In this document: positions 9,897 through 20,703 of the stretch, piece by piece
How the letters are laid out: every line of letters starts with the position of its first letter
Numbering within the stretch: the first letter of the stretch is position 1
Assembly: GCA_019058365.1 (NCBI GenBank)
Contig: JAHPZE010000001.1
Location: 384,001-448,000, forward strand
Reading direction: 5' to 3'
DNA: 64,000 bases
Source of the DNA: Promethearchaeota archaeon
GTDB lineage: Archaea; Asgardarchaeota; Lokiarchaeia; Sigyniarchaeales; SOKP01
Translations under genes and position numbers: made by a program
The notes under the pieces: model-generated
The model's input: only the letters and a program-made list of their open reading frames with translations
Told to the model about the DNA's origin: nothing
The model's database searches: none

Positions 9897-12521
9897 TTAT
9901 TTAGGTTTACGTTTCTTTATAACCACTACTACTGTTACGGCAACAGCAACGCCCCCAATAATAACTATAATAATAATTATCATTATAGTATTATCTGGAG
10001 AAGTAGGTCGTCTAATTGCAAAATTATCACTGTAATCATACACTAAGGGATTAGAGGCATCACTAATTTTTATTTGATATTCAGTTGAAGTAGTAAGATT
10101 CGAAGGAATATTCCAAGTAAATTCTCCATCATTTGGTGTATTTGCTTCAATTTCTAATACAAAAGTACCATTTAAGAACAATTCAATTTTCACATCTGGA
10201 AGAGTTCCAGTTGAAGTCCAATTGAGGAAATGTTCTGTCCCTCTTATCCATGAACTTGAACTATCAGGAGATGTTATAGTAATGGTAGGATTGTAGATTT
10301 CAAAATATTCGCTATAATCATAGGTATATGGATTAGATAAGTCTGTAATTTTTATCTGATAATGAGTAGAATCAATGAGGCTTAGAGGAAATGTCCAATA
10401 AAATTCTCCATCAGTAGTCGTATTTGCAGAAATTTCCATTTCAAAAACACCACTTCTAAATAACTCGATTTTTACATTTGAAATATTTCCTGTTGTAGTC
10501 CACTCGATGTAATGGGATGATCCTGTTTGCCATGAACTAAGTGCATTGGGAATCTCAACATTTAAAGTATCAGAGAAATAATGAGCTGAAGGATCATATA
10601 GAAGAATATTTTCATATATAACTGATCCTGGGATATAAGGGCTATCAAATAAATAAGCAAATTCAAGAGTCTGCGAACTAGCTATAATATATCCATTTCC
10701 GAACTCGAATTCTATTAGAATAGGATCAGATGTACTTGTACGTTGCAATATTTCTCTGCTATTGGTTGGGTATACATCAAAATATCCATGAGCAGAAAAA
10801 TCCCAATTATCTACACTTGTATCATTAGCTGGGTGTGGATTTAATATTATTGGATGTTGAATTAAATTAATATCCACGTCGTCGAAACCTGCATCTGTCA
10901 TATCTAAACCTCCAGGCATTAAATACAATCCATTCCAATCTCCTCCGTTCCATCCTCCATCAGCTGCGTGAACTTCGAGAATACCACCGTTCTTAGCATA
11001 GCTTTCAAACCAAGATACATTTCCATCTAATCTATTATAAAAAGCTTGAGGTTGATCTGATGAGATGATGACTTTCTGATAAGGTGTAAGGTCCACTACT
11101 CCAAAATCTGATGAATCATATATAGTATAGGATATGCCATACATCTCTAAAATGATATCTGTTGAATTATAACTCCAAGGATAAGCATCTTGAAAGATTG
11201 CTACTGGCCCCGAAATCGTTCTAAACTCAAAAAAGTGTCCCTTTTGGTCTGGATTTAATACTCCAACAGAACCAGTGCTTGAAACAATCCAATCGGAAGC
11301 TCGATCAGTGTCGATATCATTTGTTCTATACGCAGTATTACTAGCTAAATGTATATAAGTATCATTGATCCATATTGCATCACTTGGATGAGGTAATGTG
11401 TGATTATATGTTTGAAACCAATCAATATTAGCACCTGTATCATCAAAAAGACCAACTGCAATTTCCCTACTAGCCCAAAAAATATTATCTCCAGTGTATA
11501 ACTCAGTATTTGTATCAGTTCCACTATACTCATATAAAACTACTACTTGATGAGAATTAAACATCCATCCATCAGGGAAAGTATAATTAAAATCAAGAAT
11601 ATTATCATCATAGAGTTCGACATACCATCCTGTCATATTTATACTAGAACCGTAATTATAGAATTCGATGTAATCGGGAGTTCCAGCATTTACTTCATTA
11701 ATAACTATAGTTTGAGGTACATCTACGAATTTTTCTCTAATCCAATTGATACTGTTTAGAATCATTTGTCGATTAGTTGTAGTATTCCAATTTAAATTAT
11801 CCCAAATGTGGACTACTCTTCCGCAATAAGGGGCGTCCAATGCAACTACAACATCATAATTACTCCCAAGATCCGCTTTAACTAAAGGAGTATAATATGG
11901 TCCCGCAGAAGATTTCATGATCGCATCTGATAAATATCGAGAATCACCAGCAGTTCCATTTACAATCTCTCCATACGTATAACCATTCATAACTGGATGC
12001 TCATCATTAACTACTTTACCTTGATCTGAGGATGCATAATTCCAATAAGTAATAATCCCATTTGTTCCGTCTGCCTCTGGTGGTATGATTCCCGCCCAAT
12101 TCAATAGACAAATACTACTATCGAAAGAAAGTATGCCACCTCCCTTAAGAACCCAATCTCTAACTGTTGCTGAAGCTGCATCACTTGGCAAATTATCGAT
12201 TAAGACTAAAACATCCACGGTTAATAATATATCCGCGAGAATATCAGCATTTGTGATAACAATTGTATCAAATCCATTAGCCACTAGTGCATTATAGATG
12301 GTTAAGTAATCATTAGTAAATCCACCATTAGCATAACTAGGAAGAACACCAGAATTTAAAACTGCAACTTTTAAATTTGTAGCAGCGGTTTTAGGTTGAG
12401 GAGTATCTTTTTCTATCTCTAAAGTTGTAAAATTTGAAGAAATATTTATAAAACTAAATCCTCCTAAAGTTAAAAAGCAAATCAAAACTAAAATTAAAAG
12501 ATTTTTATTATTTATTCTCAT
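9897..12521 (-). CDS. Surface protein with GATase-like, lamin-tail (LTD) and Ser/Thr-rich Ig-like domains, C-terminal TM anchor
   Basis: Signal peptide; IVINEV...DYIEFYN...INMTGWYV (LTD signature); C-terminal module shared with the 2232 protease; poly-Ile TM + KKRKPK. Confidence 0.75.
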   Translation of the reverse strand: MRINNKNLLILVLICFLTLGGFSFINISSNFTTLEIEKDTPQPKTAATNLKVAVLNSGVLPSYANGGFTNDYLTIYNALVANGFDTIVITNADILADILLTVDVLVLIDNLPSDAASATVRDWVLKGGGILSFDSSICLLNWAGIIPPEADGTNGIITYWNYASSDQGKVVNDEHPVMNGYTYGEIVNGTAGDSRYLSDAIMKSSAGPYYTPLVKADLGSNYDVVVALDAPYCGRVVHIWDNLNWNTTTNRQMILNSINWIREKFVDVPQTIVINEVNAGTPDYIEFYNYGSSINMTGWYVELYDDNILDFNYTFPDGWMFNSHQVVVLYEYSGTDTNTELYTGDNIFWASREIAVGLFDDTGANIDWFQTYNHTLPHPSDAIWINDTYIHLASNTAYRTNDIDTDRASDWIVSSTGSVGVLNPDQKGHFFEFRTISGPVAIFQDAYPWSYNSTDIILEMYGISYTIYDSSDFGVVDLTPYQKVIISSDQPQAFYNRLDGNVSWFESYAKNGGILEVHAADGGWNGGDWNGLYLMPGGLDMTDAGFDDVDINLIQHPIILNPHPANDTSVDNWDFSAHGYFDVYPTNSREILQRTSTSDPILIEFEFGNGYIIASSQTLEFAYLFDSPYIPGSVIYENILLYDPSAHYFSDTLNVEIPNALSSWQTGSSHYIEWTTTGNISNVKIELFRSGVFEMEISANTTTDGEFYWTFPLSLIDSTHYQIKITDLSNPYTYDYSEYFEIYNPTITITSPDSSSSWIRGTEHFLNWTSTGTLPDVKIELFLNGTFVLEIEANTPNDGEFTWNIPSNLTTSTEYQIKISDASNPLVYDYSDNFAIRRPTSPDNTIMIIIIIVIIGGVAVAVTVVVVIKKRKPK

Positions 12522-12594
12522 TAGTTTTCACAATTGTTTTGTTATTAGATATTCTTAAATAAAACTTGTAAGTAATAAGTTGTTTTCTACTTAT

Positions 12595-13965
12595 TTAAGA
12601 TTTTTTATATTCTAATTCTTTTCTTCTTTCTGATAAGATATCACTACAATTTTTTGATTCTTTAGGATAGTAGAAATATGAGATTATCCATAGAAGTGTT
12701 CCCCCTAACCAAATGAATAAAACTAATGAAATAGCAAATGGTAACCATGACAAATTATTCTCAATTAAAGAGGATAATAAAAGGTTACCAATGATACCAC
12801 CAATATTTACCATTAAACCATTCATTGCGTTCGCAGAACTTCTTAGTTCCGGAAGACAAACCTCCGAATAAATTGCAAATTGATTTCCCACTGAGAAAGT
12901 TGAAAACATATATCCTAAAAAACCAAAACTGATAAAAAAGATCCAAGAAAAGATAATTTGAATAGTAGTAGCTGCAAAAAAGGGAGTTAAATAGAAGATT
13001 AATGTAAAGATAACGCCAAGAATAACTCCAATGAGGGATATAATTGCTCGACCTCTAGTTTTTCCTTTACTCAAATAAATGTCTCCTAATTTACCGCCTA
13101 TAATTGTTCCTGGAAGGGCTCCCGCTCCCGCGATAAGATAAATTGTAGTAGCTGATAATTCTGCATTAACCCCACCAATTTTCGAAGTTATATAAAAAAT
13201 TCCCCATGTTCCAAGAGTAGAAGTTGCTAATCCAGAACAGAGCACATAAACCAGAATAGAACCTATTGATTTTTTCCGAAAAAGTCCTTTAATGCTGTTA
13301 AAAGTAATTTTATAATTATAATTTATCTCACCTTTAAAACTTTCAAACTCAGGTTCAGCGCGACCTCGCTCAGGCTCAATTCCTTTAAAGATGTAAGGGA
13401 ATATTGCACATATTCCCAATATAAAACCAAAAATATAAGTTATCCTCCAGCCTAATGATCCTGCCACATAACTTCCCAATAACCCTCCAGCAATAATTCC
13501 CATTCCACTACCTAATATTAGAGAAAAATTCATAACCCCAAATTTTTTTCCTCTTTCTTTTGGAGGGTAAAAATCTCCTATCATGGAAAAACCTATAGGT
13601 AGAAAAGCACCCGTCCCTATGGCGCTTATTGTAAGAAATATCAGATAATAAAAATAATCAGGAGATAAACTAGCAAGTCCATATGAAATAATCCATATAA
13701 AATTAGTTAAAATAAATATTTTTTTTTTTGAATACTTTTCAGCTATTTTATCTTCATAATAACCAAAAAATAAAATACTAATTATACCTACGATTAAAGT
13801 GGATGCTATTAAAAATCCGACTCCAAATTTTGTTGTTTTTGGAAGATAGAGTAATATATTATCAATATTTACTGGCATAATTCCAGTAAAAAAATATATC
13901 ATAAAGTAGAGGTGGAAGAAGGAACGAAAAGTTTTTTGTCTTCTTTGTTTGAAATTCTCATCCAT
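12595..13965 (-). CDS. MFS transporter
   Basis: About 12 TM helices; GYYEDKIAEKYSKK (motif A), MIGDFYPPKERGK, GWR, ELRSSANA. Confidence 0.9.
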   Translation of the reverse strand: MDENFKQRRQKTFRSFFHLYFMIYFFTGIMPVNIDNILLYLPKTTKFGVGFLIASTLIVGIISILFFGYYEDKIAEKYSKKKIFILTNFIWIISYGLASLSPDYFYYLIFLTISAIGTGAFLPIGFSMIGDFYPPKERGKKFGVMNFSLILGSGMGIIAGGLLGSYVAGSLGWRITYIFGFILGICAIFPYIFKGIEPERGRAEPEFESFKGEINYNYKITFNSIKGLFRKKSIGSILVYVLCSGLATSTLGTWGIFYITSKIGGVNAELSATTIYLIAGAGALPGTIIGGKLGDIYLSKGKTRGRAIISLIGVILGVIFTLIFYLTPFFAATTIQIIFSWIFFISFGFLGYMFSTFSVGNQFAIYSEVCLPELRSSANAMNGLMVNIGGIIGNLLLSSLIENNLSWLPFAISLVLFIWLGGTLLWIISYFYYPKESKNCSDILSERRKELEYKKS

Positions 13966-14319
13966 AAGCGAAATCTACTTCCTTATTAATAATTAATATT
14001 TTTTTTTGGATTGGGAAATAATATTATTTGAATTTTGTAGTATAATAAGTTTTATTTTCAACAAAAATGTGTAATCCGAAAGCTTTTTTTCGAATAAAGT
14101 TTATAAAAAAAAACTTTAGCTTTCTTAAGAGAAAATGACCGACGCGAGTCATGTTTTTCTACTATCTCTAACGATATGGTTACAAACTTAACAATCATAA
14201 TCTCATTCATTTTGGTGTGGATTGTGATTCTACTTTTAGATTTGGGTAGATTCAAAATTTATGTTTTTTTAATACACTTATCCTGTAAAATTTAAATCAA
14301 AAAAAAGTGAAATAATGAA

Positions 14320-14649
14320 ATGATTAAAGGACCAATTAATAAAGAAAATGTAGAAAAAGTTAAAGCTCTTGAAGGTATTTATAGAAAGACATTAGTTTAT
14401 GATAATAATGTTATGTTATGTTTTTTTGTCTTAGAAAAAGATGCAGTAGTGCCACTTCATGAACATGAAGCTCATCAAATAGGGTATGTGTTAAAAGGAA
14501 AAATAAAGTTTATGACAGAAACAAGGGAATTCATTGCTAAAGAAGGAGATAGTTACCTTTTTGATTCTAATGAAAAGCACAGTGCGGAATTACTCGAATA
14601 TACTGAGATTATTGAGGTTTTTAACCCAACAAGAGACGATTACAAATAA
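14320..14649 (+). CDS. Cupin domain protein
   Basis: PLHEHEAHQIGYVLKG and GDSYLFDSNEKHS cupin motifs. Confidence 0.9.
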   Translation: MIKGPINKENVEKVKALEGIYRKTLVYDNNVMLCFFVLEKDAVVPLHEHEAHQIGYVLKGKIKFMTETREFIAKEGDSYLFDSNEKHSAELLEYTEIIEVFNPTRDDYK

Positions 14650-14745
14650 TAGTCTTATACTTTAATTAATATAAGCTGTTTGAAATCTTGTTAAAATAAA
14701 GCTATTTTTTATCAATATTTTAAAAAAAAAAAAAATGTTATGAAT

Positions 14746-17700
14746 TTATTCTGATTCTCCTACCCCTTCTCCTACCTTTCGTTTTCTAAGTAGTAAAACT
14801 ATAACAACAGAGACAACAGCAGCTCCGCTAACTATAGAAATAACGATAATGATTATAATGAAATTATCTCCTGTAGTTGGAGTGACTTTTTCTATATTCA
14901 CACTTTCTGATGCGAGATTTCCAGCTGTATCATTAGCATAGAACGTGATGGTAACAGAACCTAAGGACAATGCAGCCCATGCTGTTTGATCGATGGTACC
15001 ATTAGTAATGAAAGTGAAAGTGGTTAATCCACCATCAAGTGAGTACCACATTGAATCTAGATTATCATCTGAGATTTCAACTATGAAACTCGGAGCTCCA
15101 GCAAATCTATCATCTATATTTGGAGAAATAATTGCGATAATAGGTGTTTGACTATCTTTTTCTATATTAACTGAAGCTGATCCTATATTTCCGGGATAAT
15201 CTGAAGCATAGAATGTCAATATGATTATTCCATCAGGTGCGTTATCCCACGCAGATTGATCAATAGTTCCAGTAGATCCCGTAAATGTATAATTATGCAA
15301 TCCTCCATCAATCGTATACCATGTTTCATTAAGTAAATTATCTGTAATTATAACACTAAAACTTGGAGCATTGGTACCAAAAACATCTGCTGGGTGAGGA
15401 GTATTAACTACTACAGAGGGAGGCCCATCTTCAGCTATTGGTAAATAGTCTATACTTCCCGCCCCACCACCAATATAGGTATATGGAACATCTACAATTC
15501 CGTCATTAGGACTTGTATCTGGACCAGTGTGATTGTCCCAATAATTACCAATAACTGTATTGTTCCAATCATTACCTGCTCCATCGTCATATGCATGTCT
15601 TGCATTTCCTAGAAATACATTGCCATATAATAAATTATTGGCAGATCCTGTAGCAATATTGATTCCATACATAACATTATCAATTAAAATATTATCATGG
15701 ATCGTAGTATCATCTCCATTTGTTAGATATATACCATTTTGCTGATTCTCCTTTGCTAGTGTTCCTTCAATAGTATTATCATTACTGTTATCAATAATAA
15801 TTCCACTCAAAGTATTGTTAAATACAATATTTCCTGAAATGAAATTATTGTCGGCAGCTGATGTAAGAACAATACCATAATTAAGGTTTTTTAAAACAGT
15901 ATTATCTGAAATGGTATTATTATCAGAAGCGAATAAAAATATTCCCTGCCAACAATTTTCTACTGTATTTCCATCAATTAAATTGTCATGATAACCACTA
16001 CTAAATTGAATTATAATTCCTGATCCTAAGCCATCTCCATATATTTCGTTATCAATAACTTCGTTGTAGGAACCTTCAAGATATATTCCATGTCGGTTAT
16101 TAGTAAGTAAATTGCCTGAAATTAAGTTATAATCACTTAAGAATAGATAAATGCCTGCATTTCTATTATTGTCAAATTGGTTATCGATAATATTTCCATT
16201 AGTAACATTATTTAGATATACACCTGCTTCAGAACTAGAAACTATAGAGTTATTAAGTTCACATCCTCGAATTATAAAATGTGCCTCCGAATTTAATATC
16301 TTAATACAACTATCTGTAAAATTAGCATCGATATTCAACCCCTCTATTATATAAGGATCTAATTCAGTTCCAGAACCACTACACCACGCTTGATTTACTG
16401 CCCACGTCCAATTATTTAAACTACTTGGAAGATCGTCAATTACAATTGGAGCTTGCTTATTGCATATGGGTAAATAATCTATACTCCCCGCAGAACCAGT
16501 TATGAAAGTATATGGAGTATCTCCAATGCCATCTAAATCCATGTCATATCCAAGATAATCATTCCAATAATTTCCAATAATAGTATTATTCCAATTATTA
16601 TTAGCACCATTATCAATAGCATTATTTGAATTATTTACAAAATAATTACCATATAATAAATTTCCATCAGATCCTGTCGATATAGAAACACCATAAAAAT
16701 CATTTTCTCTTATTTTATTATTGTAGATATTGTTATTATCACCATTGTCTAAATATATGCCATTTTGCATGTTATCAATAAGATAGTTATTTTCAATCAT
16801 ACTATCAAAACTCCAAACTATCCGAATTCCATCCAATACGTTATTTACTACTATATTCCCCGAAGCAAATGTATAATAACTGTATTGTAGAATAATGATT
16901 CCATTTTGTAAATTATTGGAAACTTCATTCCCTAAAAGTGTTGTATTTTGAGCACCATAATTCCAAATTCCTTGCCAACAGTCTTCTATTGTATTTTCAG
17001 AAATTATGTTGTAATCAACATCCCATATTACAATTCCCGTCCCAGATCCATCTCCATATATTTCATTATCAATAACTTCGTTGTAAGAACCTTCAAGATA
17101 TATTCCATGTTGGTTATTAGTAAGTGAATTGCCTGAAATTGTGTTATGATCACTTAAGGATAGATAGATGCCTGCGTTTCTATTATTATCAAAAGTGTTA
17201 TCGATTATATTTCCATTAGTAACATTATTTAGGTAAACACCTGCTTCAGAAACAGAAACTGTCGAGTTATTAAGTGTACAACCTCGAATTATAAAATGTG
17301 CCTCTGAATTTAGTATTGCAATACAACTATCGGTAAAATTTGCGTCTATTTTTAAATCCTCTATTATATAGGGATTTAACTCAGTCCCAGAACCACTACA
17401 CCAATTCTGACTCACTGCCCAGTTCCAGTTATTTAAACTACTAGGAAGATCATTAATCTCAAGTGGACCCATAATATCCCATATAGGTAAGTAGTCGAAA
17501 TTTCCAGCGCTCCCGAATATACTATAAGGATCATCGCCTATTCCATCAAAATTCATATCGTATCCTACATAATCATCCCAATAATTCCCAATCACAGTAT
17601 TGTTCCAATCATTATTAGCACCATTATCAATAGCATTGTTGAATGCATGATTAGTTACGTAATTATCATAAACTAGATTATTATCAGAGGTAACATCTAG

Positions 17701-18291
17701 TTCTATGCCATAATCTCCACCATTTCCATTTATGATATTTCCAGTAATGACATTATTATCACTATTAGTTAACAACCATATACCATAATCGGAATAAATG
17801 GAGATATTATTATTTGAGATAATCGTATTGCTACCATCTATGTATACTATGCCGTAACCATTGTTTATTATAGTATTATCGAGAATTTCTCCATTAGTAA
17901 CATTGTTTAAATGAATACCTGCCCAGGCAGGATGTGAATTTGTAATTGTACAATTTCTAACAATAAAATGTTTTATTGAATTTAAAATTCTAAGGCATTC
18001 ACCAACCCCTGTACTATACATAAAAGTCTCATCTTCAATTCTATAAGGATCCATGGCTGTACCAGAGCCCCCTTTAAACCAAGGTTGAGTAATAGCCCAA
18101 GACCAATTATTCAAGCTACCTGGAAGATCATTAATATCAATATCATAATATATTCCAGAACTCTTTATTTCTTTGAATTCACTAATACTTTTGCTTTTTG
18201 GTGTTGAAGGAATAAAAGCGAAATTCAGCGTTATTAACAGAATTAACCCGAAAATGAATTTAATTTTCTTATTTTTTAAATTCTTATACAT
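14746..18291 (-). CDS. NosD/CASH right-handed beta-helix surface protein with three repeated modules, Ig-like domains and TM anchor
   Basis: Many NNxIxxNxIxxN..GI repeats; three GNYW(D/N)D/N motifs; three I(N/D)DLP(S/G)SLNNW modules; signal peptide; C-terminal TM + RKRK. Confidence 0.85.
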   Translation of the reverse strand: MYKNLKNKKIKFIFGLILLITLNFAFIPSTPKSKSISEFKEIKSSGIYYDIDINDLPGSLNNWSWAITQPWFKGGSGTAMDPYRIEDETFMYSTGVGECLRILNSIKHFIVRNCTITNSHPAWAGIHLNNVTNGEILDNTIINNGYGIVYIDGSNTIISNNNISIYSDYGIWLLTNSDNNVITGNIINGNGGDYGIELDVTSDNNLVYDNYVTNHAFNNAIDNGANNDWNNTVIGNYWDDYVGYDMNFDGIGDDPYSIFGSAGNFDYLPIWDIMGPLEINDLPSSLNNWNWAVSQNWCSGSGTELNPYIIEDLKIDANFTDSCIAILNSEAHFIIRGCTLNNSTVSVSEAGVYLNNVTNGNIIDNTFDNNRNAGIYLSLSDHNTISGNSLTNNQHGIYLEGSYNEVIDNEIYGDGSGTGIVIWDVDYNIISENTIEDCWQGIWNYGAQNTTLLGNEVSNNLQNGIIILQYSYYTFASGNIVVNNVLDGIRIVWSFDSMIENNYLIDNMQNGIYLDNGDNNNIYNNKIRENDFYGVSISTGSDGNLLYGNYFVNNSNNAIDNGANNNWNNTIIGNYWNDYLGYDMDLDGIGDTPYTFITGSAGSIDYLPICNKQAPIVIDDLPSSLNNWTWAVNQAWCSGSGTELDPYIIEGLNIDANFTDSCIKILNSEAHFIIRGCELNNSIVSSSEAGVYLNNVTNGNIIDNQFDNNRNAGIYLFLSDYNLISGNLLTNNRHGIYLEGSYNEVIDNEIYGDGLGSGIIIQFSSGYHDNLIDGNTVENCWQGIFLFASDNNTISDNTVLKNLNYGIVLTSAADNNFISGNIVFNNTLSGIIIDNSNDNTIEGTLAKENQQNGIYLTNGDDTTIHDNILIDNVMYGINIATGSANNLLYGNVFLGNARHAYDDGAGNDWNNTVIGNYWDNHTGPDTSPNDGIVDVPYTYIGGGAGSIDYLPIAEDGPPSVVVNTPHPADVFGTNAPSFSVIITDNLLNETWYTIDGGLHNYTFTGSTGTIDQSAWDNAPDGIIILTFYASDYPGNIGSASVNIEKDSQTPIIAIISPNIDDRFAGAPSFIVEISDDNLDSMWYSLDGGLTTFTFITNGTIDQTAWAALSLGSVTITFYANDTAGNLASESVNIEKVTPTTGDNFIIIIIVISIVSGAAVVSVVIVLLLRKRKVGEGVGESE
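15450..18140 (-). repeat. Intragenic tandem module repeats in the beta-helix gene (units 2 and 3 offset about 1017 bp, high nucleotide similarity)
   Basis: atcaataacttcgttgta(g/a)gaaccttcaagatatattccatgt occurs near 16051 and 17068; module starts near 18134, 17457 and 16440. Confidence 0.85.
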
Positions 18292-18388
18292 ATAATTTTC
18301 ACCAAAAAAAAGGTGTTAAAACTCAAGATTATTTGATCTTATTTAAAGTTAATTCTCAATATGAATAAACTTGAAAATCTTAAAAGAA

Positions 18389-19672
18389 TTAGGATGTTCT
18401 TTTTAATATTTGACTAAGATCAATAAAAAGATTAAATTCTTCTTTTCCTTTATTATATTCATCCTTAGACTTACGAATTAAAGATTCTATCATTTCATCG
18501 TCTATCATTCTAATAAATGATTTATCTATTTTTGACCAGTGAGGCATTCCTTCTAAAAACACATTCCATATGGATTTATCCTTATCTTCAGATCTTAATT
18601 TAACTTCTTTTGAAAGAAGCAACCAAAATAAAATTAATTTATATGAAACACCCGATTCAATTTTTAATCCCATACGTTGAAAATTCCCAAATGCTAGAAT
18701 CATTAATAGAGCTAAAGAATATCTCATTTGAATTTTATAAGAATGGACTAAATATTGATTCTTTAAAGAATCCCAATGAAGATCTCGAAGTAAATTATTA
18801 TCAGACTTTTTTATACTATCTCTTAATTTATTATAATAAAATTCTTTGGTTAAATGTGGTTTTGTTTCAACAAATTGGAATATTCTAAGGGCACCAGCAA
18901 TCCTCCATTCCAACCATTCTAGTGAATATTCTTTCGCTTTTTTTAGGGCTAACTCTTTATTTGGCCAAATATTCAAAATAATTTTTAATTTTGAATTGAT
19001 TTCATCATAATACTTGATATAATGGTCAAAGATTTTAGTGTAGTAGTAGCCAAGAATATCAATATATGTAAAAACTTCTAATAGATCGATGAATCTATCA
19101 ATGGTATTTTCATTTTCAATTAATTTATTGAATTCTGGATCATTAATTAATGAATAAATTCCATAAAATGTAGATTCTCCAGTATATATTGTTGCAATAA
19201 GTAAGTGATAGTGAATTAGTTGTCTGATAAGTAATTTCTCGATATCTGAAAGCTCAAACGGGTCAAGCAAATCCATGCGTGATATAAGATGATAACTATG
19301 ATACGGATGTTCTTTATTATCAATATATCTGCCAATATCATGATACATTAGAAGTATTGGGATGATTAATGGATTTTGAGAGTGCTGATTCAAAACTTTT
19401 TCTTGGATTTTAGTTACAGCATCTTTTGAAAGAGTTTCATGAAAAAATTCTCCACTTTTTATCAAAAAGAATATTTTATATGATCTAAATATGTGTCTTA
19501 TAGTTCTTTGAAGTTCATCTCTGTTTTTCTCTCGAGCGTCTTGAAAAATTCTCTTTAAATTAGGAAATATTGATATTAGATCATAAAACTCATCAGAGGT
19601 ATCAATATCAGTTACAGAATCAATCCAAGAAAGTTCGATGTTGTTAAATAATATACTTAGCAAATCTATCAT
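18389..19672 (-). CDS. HD-domain-like protein of unknown function
   Basis: RTIRHI...LLMYHDIGR...EHPYHS...IHYH...TYIDI pattern. Confidence 0.55.
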   Translation of the reverse strand: MIDLLSILFNNIELSWIDSVTDIDTSDEFYDLISIFPNLKRIFQDAREKNRDELQRTIRHIFRSYKIFFLIKSGEFFHETLSKDAVTKIQEKVLNQHSQNPLIIPILLMYHDIGRYIDNKEHPYHSYHLISRMDLLDPFELSDIEKLLIRQLIHYHLLIATIYTGESTFYGIYSLINDPEFNKLIENENTIDRFIDLLEVFTYIDILGYYYTKIFDHYIKYYDEINSKLKIILNIWPNKELALKKAKEYSLEWLEWRIAGALRIFQFVETKPHLTKEFYYNKLRDSIKKSDNNLLRDLHWDSLKNQYLVHSYKIQMRYSLALLMILAFGNFQRMGLKIESGVSYKLILFWLLLSKEVKLRSEDKDKSIWNVFLEGMPHWSKIDKSFIRMIDDEMIESLIRKSKDEYNKGKEEFNLFIDLSQILKRTS

Positions 19673-19679
19673 AACTTAT

Positions 19680-20633
19680 TCAACTTTTTTTTTCTAATAA
19701 TTGAAAAAAAGGTTCTACATCAACATTTCCACCACTTAATATTACCCCAACCTTTTCATTCTCTACTGAAACTTTTTTTGATAATATAGCTGCTAAAGGA
19801 ACTGCACCAGAAGGTTCTACGATTATCTTCATACGTTCCCAGAGAAATTTCATGGCTTCTATAATTTCGATTTCAGAAACAGTTATTACATCATCAACAT
19901 ATTTGCGAATAATATTAAAGGTTCTCTCACAAAGAGAAGTACGTAAACCATCTGCTATAGTATCTGGATAAGTACTTGGTATGATATAACCTGCTTTAAG
20001 TGATTTTAAAGCATCATCCGCTAATATAGGTTCAACTCCAATAACCTTGGTATTCGAATGTAATCCTTTAGAAGCTAAAGCAGTTCCACTTAATAAACCT
20101 CCACCCCCAAGTGGAGCAATAACAACGTCTAGCACTCCCATTTCTTTAATTAACTCATAAGCAGCAGTTCCTTGCCCATTAATTATATTTTCGTTATCAT
20201 AAGGATGGATTAGAACAGCTTTATGCTTTTTAATTAAATCTTCAGTTGTTTTAATTCTCGCTTCGAGTGTATTGTCACAAAATACGACTTGAGCACCATA
20301 ACTTTTTGTAGCATTAATTTTATTTATTGGTGCTCCCTTTGGCATAACAATTGTTGCATTAATTCCCCATAATGATGCTGCAAGAGCGACAGCTTGAGCA
20401 TGATTACCACTTGAGTGAGTGATGACTCCCATTTTCTTTTGCCTATCTGAAAGCAAACATAAAGCATTGTATGCCCCTCGAAATTTAAAAGCGCCTACTC
20501 TTTGGAAATTTTCACATTTAAAAAAAATATTTGCTTTCACAAGGAGATTTAATGTCCTTGAAGTTATAACCGGAGTCTTATTAACTACTTTAGCAATTCT
20601 ATTATAAGCTTCTTCTATTCCTTGAAATGACAT
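19680..20633 (-). CDS. PLP-dependent threonine/serine dehydratase (serine racemase-like)
   Basis: FKCENFQRVGAFKFRGA (PLP Lys), SSGNHAQ, GGGGL, EPSGA, LSGGN. Confidence 0.92.
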   Translation of the reverse strand: MSFQGIEEAYNRIAKVVNKTPVITSRTLNLLVKANIFFKCENFQRVGAFKFRGAYNALCLLSDRQKKMGVITHSSGNHAQAVALAASLWGINATIVMPKGAPINKINATKSYGAQVVFCDNTLEARIKTTEDLIKKHKAVLIHPYDNENIINGQGTAAYELIKEMGVLDVVIAPLGGGGLLSGTALASKGLHSNTKVIGVEPILADDALKSLKAGYIIPSTYPDTIADGLRTSLCERTFNIIRKYVDDVITVSEIEIIEAMKFLWERMKIIVEPSGAVPLAAILSKKVSVENEKVGVILSGGNVDVEPFFQLLEKKS

Positions 20634-20703
20634 TAAAAGTTAAATTATTAATTGTGTTGTTATATCTTTAAAATTATTATAGAATTAAAAACATATAGAA
20701 TAT

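Noticed and set aside
15450-18140. Near-identical repeats as a diversity-generating retroelement TR/VR pair
   Set aside because: Both copies are in-frame modules of one gene, the differences are not obviously adenine-specific, and no reverse transcriptase is present.
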